A DNA stretch of 64,000 nt from Faecousia sp. Its GTDB lineage: Bacteria; Bacillota; Clostridia; Oscillospirales; Oscillospiraceae. Below are positions 18,985 through 29,371 of this stretch, in pieces. The stretch lies in NCBI GenBank assembly GCA_045637585.1, contig JAZTZS010000021.1, positions 20,759-84,758 on the forward strand, written 5' to 3'. The position numbers and the translations under genes were made by a program. Numbering within the stretch: position 1 is the stretch's first letter; every line of letters begins with the position of its first letter. The notes under the pieces are model-generated. The model was given only the letters and a program-made list of their open reading frames with translations. It was not told the DNA's origin and did not search any database.

Positions 18985-19920
18985 TTATTCCCAACCGGGG
19001 CGCTGCCGCTTGATGTCCAGTTGTTTCAGTAACTGGTCGGAATGTTCGCCGACACAGCCTACCATCAAATACCGGCGCTTGAACGGGTCATAAATAAAGT
19101 GCTGCATTAAGCGGAAGTTCTGCACCTGACCAGTGTGGCCTACATGAATCCGGGGGCCGCTACATCTGTGGAGATTGCCGCCAATGGAAATATGGTGGTC
19201 ATCTACATAGGTGATTGGCAGATCCTGTGCAATGAGCCCATTTACCTGTTCTTCCAGTTCTTTCAGATTGATGTCGGGGCGCGTGTCGGAGAAGTACATA
19301 CAGAAGCCGTGGCGCACATCGTCGTGGCCGCAGCGGCTGACAATCTCCGGTCCCATACAGAATTCGCACAAATCCTCTGCGGTGTGGGCCATCAGCCGGT
19401 AGTGCAGGGAGGCGTATACGGCTTGCCGGAGTTCTTCCGGTTCGGGGCCGAAAACATTGGGGCGGGAAATGAGCACCTGCTCACCAACACCAATCAACAG
19501 ATTGGCATTGGCACCCAGCAGGGGGTATACCAAATCGAAATGCTCTACCACGACCCGTTTGCCCTTCTGCAGCGCGTTTATGATGGCATCAGCCAGTACC
19601 CGCATCTGGGTAAAGCCATTTTCAAAGCGGATATCCACATGGTAGGTATGGGGAGAGAAAAAGGCAAAGCCCTGATCCATATCCAGCAAGGGGAGGGGAC
19701 GGACATAAACGCCGTTGTCATCGTTGGTCAGCTCCAAACCGGGGAACATTCCCCGAATCAACGCACTTTTGCCGGAACCGGCTTCGCCAATAATACCGAT
19801 GAGCTTGTCGTTGGGGGATAGATACAGCTGAGCCAGCTGCATGCCCAGACCGTACATACGGTTATGACCTCTGGGTGCGTAATAGCTGCTGAGAATATGT
19901 GTGGCGCGACGTTCTAACAT
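18985..19920 (-). CDS. P-loop plus alanyl-tRNA-synthetase second-additional-domain-like protein of unknown function
   Basis: Walker A GEAGSGKS and Walker B-like VVVEHFD. The C-terminus has AHTAED...VNGLIAQDLPI...CSGPRIH..TGQV, resembling the AlaX/tRNA_SAD fold. It is tightly packed between citC and citXG. Confidence 0.7.
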   Translation of the reverse strand: MLERRATHILSSYYAPRGHNRMYGLGMQLAQLYLSPNDKLIGIIGEAGSGKSALIRGMFPGLELTNDDNGVYVRPLPLLDMDQGFAFFSPHTYHVDIRFENGFTQMRVLADAIINALQKGKRVVVEHFDLVYPLLGANANLLIGVGEQVLISRPNVFGPEPEELRQAVYASLHYRLMAHTAEDLCEFCMGPEIVSRCGHDDVRHGFCMYFSDTRPDINLKELEEQVNGLIAQDLPITYVDDHHISIGGNLHRCSGPRIHVGHTGQVQNFRLMQHFIYDPFKRRYLMVGCVGEHSDQLLKQLDIKRQRPGWE

Positions 19921-19931
19921 AAGCTTCCTCC

Positions 19932-20930
19932 TTACAGCAAAGCATGTGTTTGCAAATATTGATAGGTGGTTTCCGGTACGAGTGTGCGGATTCTTTCGGT
20001 TTCTCCCGCCGCCAGCAGGGTGCGGACGGCAGTGGCGCTGACGGGGGTATCTTTTTGCATTATGCGGGGGATCTCATGCAGAGAGATACCGAAGTCAGGC
20101 AGGTAGTCTTTCAAAGCCTGATTGTATTGGTTGGTAATTGGGCACAGCGGCTCTGTACCCACATAACGCCGGGTGATAGCGAACCGGGGGGCATAGTATT
20201 TTGCAAAGATAGCAATGTCCAGTTGACACTGGATAGTCTGGGCTTTGGACTGGTCTTTGAGAAAATAAGTGGGGAAGGTGGCAGAGGAAATCAAATAGGG
20301 GCCTGTAGGCAGTACAGTCACATTTTTCAGATCTGCCGTACCTGCTTGTACCATGGCAATCCGATCCTTGGTCCGGAAACGGCTCCGGTCCTCGGAAAGT
20401 ACAAATACATATAACCGGTCACATTCTTTGGATGCGGTTTCAATCAGGTACCGGTGTCCCAAGGTAAAAGGGTTGCAGTTCATTACTGCAGCACCGGTAA
20501 TGCCCTCCTGCACAGTGGGGGCGGGGAGGGTGTCTAAGAACGTGTGGATGCCCTTTGGGGTGTTTTCCATCAGCAATACAGAATCTGTCTGTGCCACCGG
20601 GTAGAAAAACAGGGAGGAGAATTGCAGCTTGTTTTGGGGCTTAGTGTACAGAAACAGATGGCGGTGTCCGGCTGTCAGCGCATCCTTCCGCAGTTGGGTC
20701 AAAATGGTAGCGGTGAGTCCTTCGCCCTGGCGGTTTCCGTCCACGGCAATGCACTTAAGGAGATTTCCCAGACGGGAGCCTGTAGCGATCAGACTGTCAC
20801 CATCCCAAACCAACAGGGTGGTATCTACTTGCGTATCTGCTTCCAGTCCGGCATCGCCCAGCAGCTTTTCCCATATACTGCGCTTGCGTCCGGAAAGCCG
20901 GGGGCATAATTCTATTTCCATAGCGACCAT
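19932..20930 (-). CDS. citC: [citrate (pro-3S)-lyase] ligase
   Basis: GNAT-like N-terminus (KCIAV..RQGEGL), then VMNCNPFTLGH, YLISSATFPTYF, RYVGTEP and VSATAVR. Alternative start at 20921. Confidence 0.93.
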   Translation of the reverse strand: MVAMEIELCPRLSGRKRSIWEKLLGDAGLEADTQVDTTLLVWDGDSLIATGSRLGNLLKCIAVDGNRQGEGLTATILTQLRKDALTAGHRHLFLYTKPQNKLQFSSLFFYPVAQTDSVLLMENTPKGIHTFLDTLPAPTVQEGITGAAVMNCNPFTLGHRYLIETASKECDRLYVFVLSEDRSRFRTKDRIAMVQAGTADLKNVTVLPTGPYLISSATFPTYFLKDQSKAQTIQCQLDIAIFAKYYAPRFAITRRYVGTEPLCPITNQYNQALKDYLPDFGISLHEIPRIMQKDTPVSATAVRTLLAAGETERIRTLVPETTYQYLQTHALL

Positions 20931-21010
20931 CCCTTTCCTCGTTTACTGTTATTATACAACAATGCAGGCCAATTGCAAATAATTTCTAAAAAGGAATTGA
21001 AATCTCCTGA

Positions 21011-21025
21011 ATTGTATTATACAAT
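21011..21025. promoter_or_regulatory. Palindrome ATTGTAT-T-ATACAAT, candidate GntR-family operator between divergent citC and citD
   Basis: 7-bp arms in the divergent promoter region, resembling TGT-N-ACA GntR boxes. Confidence 0.5.
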
Positions 21026-21066
21026 AAAGGAAATTGTTATAGTTCAATTTGAAGGGAGCAGTAAAA

Positions 21067-21336
21067 ATGGATATTCAGAAGATTGCATCTGCCGGAACCA
21101 TGGAGTCCAGCGATGTATATGTGGAAGTGGAGCCGGGTGCAGATGGTATTCAGGTGCAGCTGGAGTCTGTAGTGGCTCAGCAATTTGGAGATTCTATCCG
21201 TGCGGTGGTTCAGGAGGTGTTCCGGGAACAGCAAGTGGAAAATGCCAATGTGCGTATTGTTGACCGGGGCGCACTGGAATGTGTTCTCCGCGCAAGAGTG
21301 GAAACGGCTATTGTCCGTGGAAAGGGGGCGGTTTGA
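21067..21336 (+). CDS. citD: Citrate/citramalate lyase acyl carrier protein (gamma)
   Basis: AGTMESSD prosthetic-group Ser motif and DRGALECVLRAR. Confidence 0.93.
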   Translation: MDIQKIASAGTMESSDVYVEVEPGADGIQVQLESVVAQQFGDSIRAVVQEVFREQQVENANVRIVDRGALECVLRARVETAIVRGKGAV

Positions 21337-22214
21337 TGCGCCGTTCGATGTTGTTTTTGCCGGGCAATAACCCCAATATGCTGATTAACGGCAATTGTCT
21401 GGGTGCTGATGCCATTATTTTTGACTTAGAGGATGCGGTTTCTCCGGCAGAAAAGGATGCTGCCCGGATTTTGGTGCGCAACACCATGCGTTACATGGAT
21501 TTCCATGGCTGTGAGCGGATTGTACGTATCAATTCCATCGATACTCCCTACTGGAAAGAGGATATCGCCACCATCCTGCCCCAAAAGCCGGATCTGATTC
21601 TCCTGCCGAAAACCGGCAGCGCCAGTGACGTTCAGGCGGCAGACAGCTATATCACCCAGATGGAAGAAGCGCTGGGGATAGATGTGGGTACAGTGGGCTT
21701 GATGCCGCTGATTGAAACGGCAATGGGTGTGGAAAATGCCTTTGCCATTGCCACGGGGGCAAAGCGTGTCCGCGCGCTGTTTTTGGGCGCGGAGGACTTA
21801 ACGGCTGACTTGCAGTGCAAGCGTACCAAGGAGGGCAAGGAGATTTTCTATGCCCGTACCCGTCTGGTGGTGGCGGCCCGTGCTGCCGGCGTAGACGTTT
21901 ACGATACGCCCTTTACAGATGTGAATGACGATCAGGGAATTTGGGAGGATGCGGCCTTTGCCAAGGGGCTTGGCTTTACCGGTAAGGCATCCATCTCTCC
22001 CCGCCACGTGGAGGTTATCAACCAGGTGTTCAGCCCCACAATGGCAGAAATTGACTATGCGTATGAAGTGATGGATGCCATTGCTTTGGCAAAGCAGCAG
22101 GGTAAGGGAGCGATCTCCCTGCGGGGCAAGATGATCGATGCCCCGATTGTTGCCCGTGCGGAGCAGACCATCGCGATGGCCAAGGCACTGGGAATCAGAA
22201 GGGAGGAAGCCTAA
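21336..22214 (+). CDS. citE: Citryl-/citramalyl-ACP lyase (beta), HpcH/HpaI aldolase family
   Basis: RRSMLFLPG, FDLEDAV, LIETAMG, LGAEDL and GKMIDAP. Coupled to citD by TGATG. Confidence 0.92.
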   Translation: MRRSMLFLPGNNPNMLINGNCLGADAIIFDLEDAVSPAEKDAARILVRNTMRYMDFHGCERIVRINSIDTPYWKEDIATILPQKPDLILLPKTGSASDVQAADSYITQMEEALGIDVGTVGLMPLIETAMGVENAFAIATGAKRVRALFLGAEDLTADLQCKRTKEGKEIFYARTRLVVAARAAGVDVYDTPFTDVNDDQGIWEDAAFAKGLGFTGKASISPRHVEVINQVFSPTMAEIDYAYEVMDAIALAKQQGKGAISLRGKMIDAPIVARAEQTIAMAKALGIRREEA

Positions 22215-23626
22215 TGAATAAGCTGGTTCATTCTATTCGGGAGGCCGTTGCCCTCTCCGGTTTGAAGGACGGTATGACCGTTTCTTTCCACCATCACCTG
22301 CGTAACGGCGACTTCGTGCTGAATATGGTGCTGGAAGAGATTGCGGCTCTGGGTATTCGGGATATTACCGTCAATGCAAGCTCTCTGTTTGATGTGCATA
22401 CACCGATTCTTGAGCATATTGAAAATCAAGTGGTTACGGGTATCTCCGCCGACTACATTGCTGCCGGCGTGGGCCGGGCTTTGAGCCAGGGAATCATGGA
22501 AAAGCCTGTCCAGTTCCGTACCCATGGCGGCAGACCCAGCGATATCTCTCTGGGCAGAACGCCCATTGATGTGGCGTTTATTGCAGCGCCCACAGCTGAC
22601 CCCATGGGCAACTGTACCGGCAAGATAGGTAAGTCTGCCTGCGGCAGTTTGGGCTATGCCTTTGCCGATGCCATGTTTGCCAAAAAAGTGGTGGTCATTA
22701 CCGACAGTTTGGTACCCTATCCGCTGCAGGGCTTCTCTATTCCGGAAAATTACGTAGATTACGTGGTAGAGGTGGATGCCATTGGTAATCCTAAGGGTAT
22801 TGTATCCGGCACTACCCAGATTACCAGAGATCCGGTGGGCCTCGTGATGGCGTCCTATGCGGCAAAGGTGATTGAAGCCTCTGGGCTTTTAAAGGACGGG
22901 TTCTCTTTCCAGACCGGCGCCGGCGGCGCCTCCCTGGCGGCGGCAAAATTCTTGAAAGATATTATGCTGGAGAAGGGTATCCAGGGTGGCTTCGGCATGG
23001 GCGGCATCACCGGCTATATGGTGGATATGCTGCAGGCAGGCTGTTTCCGCAGCCTTTTGGATGTGCAGTGCTTCGACTTGAAGGCGGTGGAGTCCATTCG
23101 CAATGACCCTCGGCACCAGGAGATTTCCGCATTGCAGTATGCCAGCCCCAGCAGCCGCAGCGCGGCGGTGGACAGCCTGGATGTGGTGATTTTGGGCGCT
23201 ACGGAAATTGATACGGACTTCAATGTGAACGTCCATACCGATTCCAACGGCTATATTATGGGCGGTTCCGGCGGCCACAGTGACACGGCAGCGGGGGCAA
23301 AACTCTCCATGATCATTGCGCCCATGTTCCGGGCAAGACTTCCCATTGTCACAGACCGGGTGACCTGTGTATCTACCCCCGGTCAGGATATTGATGTATT
23401 GGTGACCCAGGGAGGCATTGCTGTGAACCCGGCAAATAAGGATTTGCAGCAGCGGCTGACTCAGGCAGGCCTGCCTGTTATTGATATCCGGGAGCTGAAG
23501 GAAAAGACAGAACAAATCACCGGCAAGCCCAAGCCTATCCGTAAGGGCGACCGGGTTGTGGCAGAGGTAATTGACCGCAACGGATTTGTGTTGGACCGGA
23601 TTTATAATGTACCGCAAGAGGTATAA
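22214..23626 (+). CDS. citF: Citrate/citramalate lyase alpha subunit (ACP transferase)
   Basis: SFHHHLRNGD, THGGR, FQTGAGG and GGSGGHSDTA. Coupled to citE by TAATG. Confidence 0.93.
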   Translation: MNKLVHSIREAVALSGLKDGMTVSFHHHLRNGDFVLNMVLEEIAALGIRDITVNASSLFDVHTPILEHIENQVVTGISADYIAAGVGRALSQGIMEKPVQFRTHGGRPSDISLGRTPIDVAFIAAPTADPMGNCTGKIGKSACGSLGYAFADAMFAKKVVVITDSLVPYPLQGFSIPENYVDYVVEVDAIGNPKGIVSGTTQITRDPVGLVMASYAAKVIEASGLLKDGFSFQTGAGGASLAAAKFLKDIMLEKGIQGGFGMGGITGYMVDMLQAGCFRSLLDVQCFDLKAVESIRNDPRHQEISALQYASPSSRSAAVDSLDVVILGATEIDTDFNVNVHTDSNGYIMGGSGGHSDTAAGAKLSMIIAPMFRARLPIVTDRVTCVSTPGQDIDVLVTQGGIAVNPANKDLQQRLTQAGLPVIDIRELKEKTEQITGKPKPIRKGDRVVAEVIDRNGFVLDRIYNVPQEV

Positions 23627-23646
23627 CTTGTAAGGAGGCAAACAGA

Positions 23647-24621
23647 ATGCAGCCTGTGTTTACCATTAACCCTGCGCTGGATGTGCCGATTTACCAGCAG
23701 CTGGTAGATACCATTACTACGGCAGTAAAAAGAGGCACATTGGCCCCCGGAGAACAGCTGCCTACAGTACAGGAAATGTCCCAGACACTGGGGGTGGCAA
23801 AAGGGACCATCAAGCGGGCCTATGATGAACTGGAACGAAACAGGCTGGTGGAAAAGGTTCAGGGAAGGGGTACGTTTGTACGTTACCAGCCCAGCAATTC
23901 CAGCAGTAAGGAGCAGGCTATGGCTGCTATTGACAGCTTGCTGTCTCAGCTGGAGGATATGGGCTTTTCTGCTGCAGAGATAAACATTTTCCTGAATCTG
24001 AAGCTGCGGGAGCGCTCTGAGCAGGAATCCCAGCTCAAGGTGGCGCTGGTGGAATGTAATCCGGAGAACTTAAGCAATATAGCAGATCAGCTGCGGACGA
24101 TCCCCGGTGTGGATTTGTACTCCTACCTACTGGAAAACATTGAGCAGTATCCCTATAAGCTGGCAGATGGTTTCGATCTGATTGTGACCACTGCCGTGCA
24201 TGGGGCGTATCTGGAAAGCGTTTTGCCGGTTGGCAAGCGGATAGCGCGGATCGCCCTGCGCCTGGTGCCACACTGTATGGCACAGATCATCAAACTGAAG
24301 CAGGGAAAACGCGTGGGTATTCTGGGCTACAGCGAGCGTTTCGGAGACCTTTTATACCGTACCTGTCTGGCTTACACCGATGGCGTTGTGTTTATGAAGC
24401 CCCGGGTGTTTGCACCGGAGTTGGATATGGCTGCCTTTTTGGAAAATCTGGATGCAGTATTGGTGCCTTGGCATTATGAAAAATACTGTTCTGCGGAAAT
24501 GGCGGAAAGCCTGAAAGCGTTTCCCGGAAGGAAGATTGCCTGCAGTTATGAGATGGATGAGGGTTCTTTTCTCTACCTGCAAGAAAAGCTCAGTCGCATG
24601 CTGCAGGAAAAGGCAATCTGA
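23647..24621 (+). CDS. GntR-family regulator with a long C-terminal effector domain
   Basis: PIYQQL, LPTVQEM...GTIKRAY.ELE...QGRGTFV. Confidence 0.88.
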   Translation: MQPVFTINPALDVPIYQQLVDTITTAVKRGTLAPGEQLPTVQEMSQTLGVAKGTIKRAYDELERNRLVEKVQGRGTFVRYQPSNSSSKEQAMAAIDSLLSQLEDMGFSAAEINIFLNLKLRERSEQESQLKVALVECNPENLSNIADQLRTIPGVDLYSYLLENIEQYPYKLADGFDLIVTTAVHGAYLESVLPVGKRIARIALRLVPHCMAQIIKLKQGKRVGILGYSERFGDLLYRTCLAYTDGVVFMKPRVFAPELDMAAFLENLDAVLVPWHYEKYCSAEMAESLKAFPGRKIACSYEMDEGSFLYLQEKLSRMLQEKAI

Positions 24622-24676
24622 ATCCAGGGGCGCTGGGAAACTGCGGAGATTCAAGTTGGAAAAAATACATTCTTCC

Positions 24677-24719
24677 TTGACAAATGTACTAGTTCATTAT
24701 AGTATATAGATGTAGTACA
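24677..24719 (+). promoter_or_regulatory. Promoter of the glm/mal operon with an overlapping inverted repeat
   Basis: TTGACA-17-TAGTAT; TGTACTA (24685) ... TAGTACA (24713). Confidence 0.6.
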
Positions 24720-24752
24720 ATTAAAAAACCAATCTTTCACAGAGGTGTTAAT

Positions 24753-25187
24753 ATGGAGAATCGGGAGAAAAAAGTACTGATTATTGGTGTTATAGGTGCC
24801 GATGTCCATGCAGTGGGTAACAAAATTCTATACCATGCATTTACAGAAGCTGGTTTTGAAGTGGTGAACCTGGGCGTTATGGTTTCCCAAGAGGAGTATA
24901 TTGCCGCTGCCATTGAGGCAGATGCAGATGCCATTGTGGTATCCTCTCTGTATGGCCAGGGCGAGCTGGACTGCCGCGGTATGCGCCAGAAGTGTGATGA
25001 AGCCGGTCTTGCCGGGATTCCCCTGGTGGTTGGCGGTAATATCGTCATCGGCAAGCAGAAGTTTGAGGATGTTGAGCGTCGCTTTAAGGATATGGGCTTC
25101 GACCGGGCGTTCCCTCCCGGCACTACTCCCGAAACGACGATCCAGGCTCTGCGGGAGCTGTTACATATGGACGGTGAGACCCAGTGA
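24753..25187 (+). CDS. glmS: Glutamate (methylaspartate) mutase B12-binding sigma subunit
   Basis: DVHAVG cobalamin base-off motif, SSLYGQG and VGGN. Confidence 0.95.
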   Translation: MENREKKVLIIGVIGADVHAVGNKILYHAFTEAGFEVVNLGVMVSQEEYIAAAIEADADAIVVSSLYGQGELDCRGMRQKCDEAGLAGIPLVVGGNIVIGKQKFEDVERRFKDMGFDRAFPPGTTPETTIQALRELLHMDGETQ

Positions 25188-26575
25188 AAGCGGTCTTGCT
25201 CATAGACTTTGGCAGCACCTATACCAAGGTCACTGCTGTGGATGTAGAGGGGGAGGTTCTTTTGGGAACTGCTGCTGCCTACACTACGGTACAGACAGAT
25301 ATAAATGACGGTCTGGCTGCGGCCCTGTTGCTGCTGGAAGCCAAAACCGGAAAAATAGCCTACGAAAAATGCTATGCCTGTTCCTCTGCGGCTGGCGGTC
25401 TGCGGATGGTCACCAGCGGCTTGGTGCCGGAGCTGACCGGTGAGGCGGCAAAGCTTGCCAGCCTTGGTGCCGGTGCAAAGGTAGTGGGGGTGTATGCCTT
25501 CCAGCTGACCGAGGATGATCTGCAGGACATCGTGGACAGCAAACCGGATATTTTCCTGCTGGTGGGCGGCACAGACGGCGGCAACACGGCGTGTATTCTC
25601 CACAATGCCCAGATGCTGGCAAGTCTCAAGCCGGAGTTTCCCATCGTGGTGGCGGGAAACCGCACTGCCACAAGGGCCTGCCAGCGGATATTGGAAGGGT
25701 GTGAGGTGTACCTCTGTCCCAACGTGATGCCTAAATTCGGCGTATTAAATATTGAACCCACCCAAAAGCAGATCCGTGAGATTTTCCTAAACCGGATCGT
25801 AAGAGCTAAGGGACTGTCCAAGGTGACAGAGCTGCTATCGGATATTATGATGCCCACCCCTTCGGCGGTGCTCCAGGCTATGGAACTGCTGGCCCAGGGA
25901 TGTGAGGAAGAGTCGGGCATCGGCGAGCTGGTCGCTGTGGATGTGGGCGGTGCCACCACCGATGTATACTCCATTGCCGACGGTATGCCGGAGCATATGA
26001 ATACGGTGTTCAAAGGCCTGCCGGAGCCGTATGCCAAGCGGACGGTGGAAGGCGACATCGGTATGCGTTACAGCATCGGCGGCATTGTGGATGCAGCCGG
26101 AGTGCAGAGGGTCTGTGAGCTTTCCGGTCTGTCCCGGGAGCGGGTAGAGGCATTGGTGGCAGATCTGAAGTGCCACACGGATAAAGTGCCCAACGGGGAC
26201 GAGGAACTGGAAAATTTGGATTACGCCCTGGCCTCTCTGGCCATTGAAGAAGCAGTTGCGCGTCATGCAGGTACCATTGAGGAAACCTACACCATGATGG
26301 GGCAGACGTTCGTTCAGGAGGGTAAAAATCTCACAAAGGTGCGGCAGGTTGTGGTTACGGGAGGAAGCTTGATCCATACCCGGCGCACAGAGAAAATCGC
26401 AGCACACGCGTTGTATTCTTCCCAAAACCCCGCCTCCCTGCGGCCTAAGGCTGCGGATGTGTGGGTAGACAGAACTTATATACTGGCCGCTATGGGTCTG
26501 CTGGCTTCCCATTATCCCCAGACGGCTTTGCGAATTATGAAAAAGGAGCTTGAATACCATGGACATTCAGAATAA
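25184..26575 (+). CDS. glmL: Glutamate mutase accessory/reactivating ATPase
   Basis: [29 protein letters not shown] and [14 protein letters not shown] overlap with glmS. Confidence 0.93.
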   Translation: MKAVLLIDFGSTYTKVTAVDVEGEVLLGTAAAYTTVQTDINDGLAAALLLLEAKTGKIAYEKCYACSSAAGGLRMVTSGLVPELTGEAAKLASLGAGAKVVGVYAFQLTEDDLQDIVDSKPDIFLLVGGTDGGNTACILHNAQMLASLKPEFPIVVAGNRTATRACQRILEGCEVYLCPNVMPKFGVLNIEPTQKQIREIFLNRIVRAKGLSKVTELLSDIMMPTPSAVLQAMELLAQGCEEESGIGELVAVDVGGATTDVYSIADGMPEHMNTVFKGLPEPYAKRTVEGDIGMRYSIGGIVDAAGVQRVCELSGLSRERVEALVADLKCHTDKVPNGDEELENLDYALASLAIEEAVARHAGTIEETYTMMGQTFVQEGKNLTKVRQVVVTGGSLIHTRRTEKIAAHALYSSQNPASLRPKAADVWVDRTYILAAMGLLASHYPQTALRIMKKELEYHGHSE

Positions 26576-28010
26576 GAAGATCCCCGAGGGCGAATTTTTA
26601 AAACAGCGTCAGGAAGTTTTAAGCCAGTGGCCCACCGGTAAGATGGTAGACCTGGAGGAGGCAGTTGCCTACCACAAGGCGATGCCGGATAACCGGAAAT
26701 TTGGCAAGAAGCTACTGGATGCAAAGAAAGCAGGCAAGACCCTGGTGCAGCCCCGGGCAGGCGTGCCGGATATTGATGCACACATTAAACTGCTGCAGTT
26801 TCTGCAGAATGAGGGTGAGGCAGACTTGCTCCCCTCCACCATCGACAGCTACACCCGTCAGAACCGCCATGAAGAGGCGGAAAACGGTATTGCCGAGTCT
26901 ATCCGGCTGGGTAGAGCCATGCTCAACGGCTTCCCGGCTGTTAACCACGGTGTAGCCGGCTGCCGCCGTGTCATCGAAAGCGTGGATGTGCCTGTGCAGG
27001 TTCGCCACGGCACACCCGACGCAAGACTCCTTACGGAAATTACATATGCAGGCGGATTCACCAGCTACGAGGGCGGCGGTATTTCCTACAATCTGCCTTA
27101 CTGCAAGAATGTTCCCATGGAGCGCACCATTCGGGACTGGCAGTATGTTGACCGTCTGACAGGCCTGTATGAACAGATGGGCGTTTCCATCAACCGCGAA
27201 CCCTACGGCCCCCTCACTGGCACATTGGTACCCCCCTGTATTTCCCACGCTGCCGCGATCATTGAAGCGCTGCTGGCTGCAGAACAGGGCGTCAAGAATA
27301 TCACCGTAGGCTACGGCCAGTGCGGCAACCTGGTACAGGACGTGGCAGCTATCGCCACGTTGCAGGAACTGACCGACGAATACCTTAACAAATACGGCTA
27401 CTGCGATGTGGATGTCACCACCGTGCTCCATCAGTGGATGGGCGGTTTCCCCGCAGACGAAGCCAAGGCATTCGGCGTAATTTCCTACGGCAGCTTGACC
27501 GCTGCCCTCTCCAAGGCTACCAAGGTGATCGTAAAGACACCCCACGAGGCGGTTGGTATTCCCACCATGGAAGCCAATGCTGAAGGTCTGCGCTGCACCA
27601 AGCAGGTAGTCAACATGATGGCGGACCAGACTCTCCAGGATACCCGTCTGGAGCAGGAGAAAGAGATTATCCGCCGGGAAACCCGTGCGATCGTAGACAA
27701 GTGCTTCGAGCTGGGTAGCGGTGACATCGCTGTAGGTATCTGCCGCGGTGTGGATGCGGGTGTGCTGGACGTGCCCTTTGCTCCCTGCCGTTTCAATGCC
27801 GGCTTGATGCTGCCCTGCCGTGACAATGACGGCGCTGTGCGTATTCTGAACCCCGGCCACTTGCCCTTTGATAAGGATCTGCTGGACTTCCACGCTGCCA
27901 AGATCGACGAGCGTGCCCGCATGGAAAACCGGAAGGCCTCTTTCCAGATGGTCATTGACGATGTGTATGCCATCGGCAAGGGCAGACTGGTAGGCCGTCC
28001 CCGCTACTAA
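26559..28010 (+). CDS. glmE: Glutamate mutase epsilon subunit
   Basis: [49 protein letters not shown] and GRLVGRP. Confidence 0.95.
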   Translation: MDIQNKKIPEGEFLKQRQEVLSQWPTGKMVDLEEAVAYHKAMPDNRKFGKKLLDAKKAGKTLVQPRAGVPDIDAHIKLLQFLQNEGEADLLPSTIDSYTRQNRHEEAENGIAESIRLGRAMLNGFPAVNHGVAGCRRVIESVDVPVQVRHGTPDARLLTEITYAGGFTSYEGGGISYNLPYCKNVPMERTIRDWQYVDRLTGLYEQMGVSINREPYGPLTGTLVPPCISHAAAIIEALLAAEQGVKNITVGYGQCGNLVQDVAAIATLQELTDEYLNKYGYCDVDVTTVLHQWMGGFPADEAKAFGVISYGSLTAALSKATKVIVKTPHEAVGIPTMEANAEGLRCTKQVVNMMADQTLQDTRLEQEKEIIRRETRAIVDKCFELGSGDIAVGICRGVDAGVLDVPFAPCRFNAGLMLPCRDNDGAVRILNPGHLPFDKDLLDFHAAKIDERARMENRKASFQMVIDDVYAIGKGRLVGRPRY

Positions 28011-28031
28011 AATACGATGGGAGAATTAACT

Positions 28032-29291
28032 ATGAAGATTTTAGATGTTGTTTGCTCTGCCGGCCGTACCGGTTTCTACTTTGACGACCAGCGCGCCATC
28101 AAGCAGGGCGCAGGCCATGACGGCGTGTTCTACGTTGGAAGTCCTGTTACTGAGGGCTTCCGCTCCATTCGCCAGGCCGGTGAATCCATCTCCGTGATGC
28201 TGGTGCTGGAGGACGGCCAGATCGCTTATGGCGACTGCGCAGCTGTGCAGTATTCCGGCGCAGGCGGACGGGATCCCCTGTTCCTGGCAGAGGACTTTAT
28301 CCCTGTGATCGACAAGTACATTAAGCCCCAGCTGGTAGGCAAGGAAGCCAATGACTTCCGCGGCCTGTGCAAGATGATGGAGGCGATCCAGGTGGAGGGC
28401 AAGCGCCTGCACACCGCTATCCGTTACGGCGTTTCTCAGGCCATCCTGGATGCTGTTGCCAAGGCTACCGGCCGTCTGATGTGCGAGGTCGTGGCTGACG
28501 AGTACGGCTGCTCCGTTTCCGAGACGCCCATCGACATCTTCACTCAGTCCGGTGATGACCGTTACGACAATGCTGACAAGATGATCATTAAGGGTGCACA
28601 GGTGCTGCCCCACGCCCTCATCAACCACGTGGAGACCAAACTGGGACCCAAGGGTGAGAAACTGGCGGAGTACGTTGCCTGGCTGCGGGACCGCATCCTG
28701 AACAACCGCACCAGCGAGAACTACAACCCCGTTTTCCACATTGACGTTTACGGCACCATAGGCGCCATCTTTGGCAATACCAACTACAAGGCTATGGCTG
28801 ACTACATAGAAGAGCTGGGCAGGATTGCAAAGCCCTTCCATCTGCGCATTGAAGGTCCTATGGACTGTGATGTGGATGTACCCACCCAGATGAAGGCGTT
28901 GGCTGGCCTGACTGCGGAGCTGGATGCCCGCGGTTGCGACGTGGAGCTGGTTGCTGACGAGTGGTGCAATACTCTTGAGGATATCAAGCTGTTTGCCGAC
29001 AATAAGGCAGGCCACATGGTGCAGATCAAGACTCCCGATCTGGGTGGTATCAACAATACCATCGAGGCAGTGCTTTATTGTAAGGAAAAGGGCATCGGCG
29101 CATACCAGGGTGGTACCTGCAATGAGACCGACCGCAGCGCACAGGTCTGTGTCCACTGCGCTATGGCTACCCAGCCCGTACAGATTCTGGCAAAGCCCGG
29201 CATGGGCGTGGACGAGGGCTTCATGATCGTCTACAACGAAATGAACCGGATTATGGCAGTCCGCAAAGCCAAAAAGAACCTTCAAAAATAA
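28032..29291 (+). CDS. mal: Methylaspartate ammonia-lyase
   Basis: GFYFDDQRAIK, GDCAAVQYSGAGGRDPLF, VADEWCNT, QIKTPDLGG and KPGMGVDEG. Confidence 0.96.
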   Translation: MKILDVVCSAGRTGFYFDDQRAIKQGAGHDGVFYVGSPVTEGFRSIRQAGESISVMLVLEDGQIAYGDCAAVQYSGAGGRDPLFLAEDFIPVIDKYIKPQLVGKEANDFRGLCKMMEAIQVEGKRLHTAIRYGVSQAILDAVAKATGRLMCEVVADEYGCSVSETPIDIFTQSGDDRYDNADKMIIKGAQVLPHALINHVETKLGPKGEKLAEYVAWLRDRILNNRTSENYNPVFHIDVYGTIGAIFGNTNYKAMADYIEELGRIAKPFHLRIEGPMDCDVDVPTQMKALAGLTAELDARGCDVELVADEWCNTLEDIKLFADNKAGHMVQIKTPDLGGINNTIEAVLYCKEKGIGAYQGGTCNETDRSAQVCVHCAMATQPVQILAKPGMGVDEGFMIVYNEMNRIMAVRKAKKNLQK

Positions 29292-29371
29292 AAGTTACCC
29301 CGCAGACCACCCGGGTGATGCCCGGGCGGTTTGTGCTATCCATCTATAAACACACACGGGAGGAAATAAAA

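Noticed and set aside
25184-26575. DNA mismatch repair MutL, or glucosamine synthase GlmS for the neighbouring gene
   Set aside because: Name collisions only; the sequences are glutamate mutase components.
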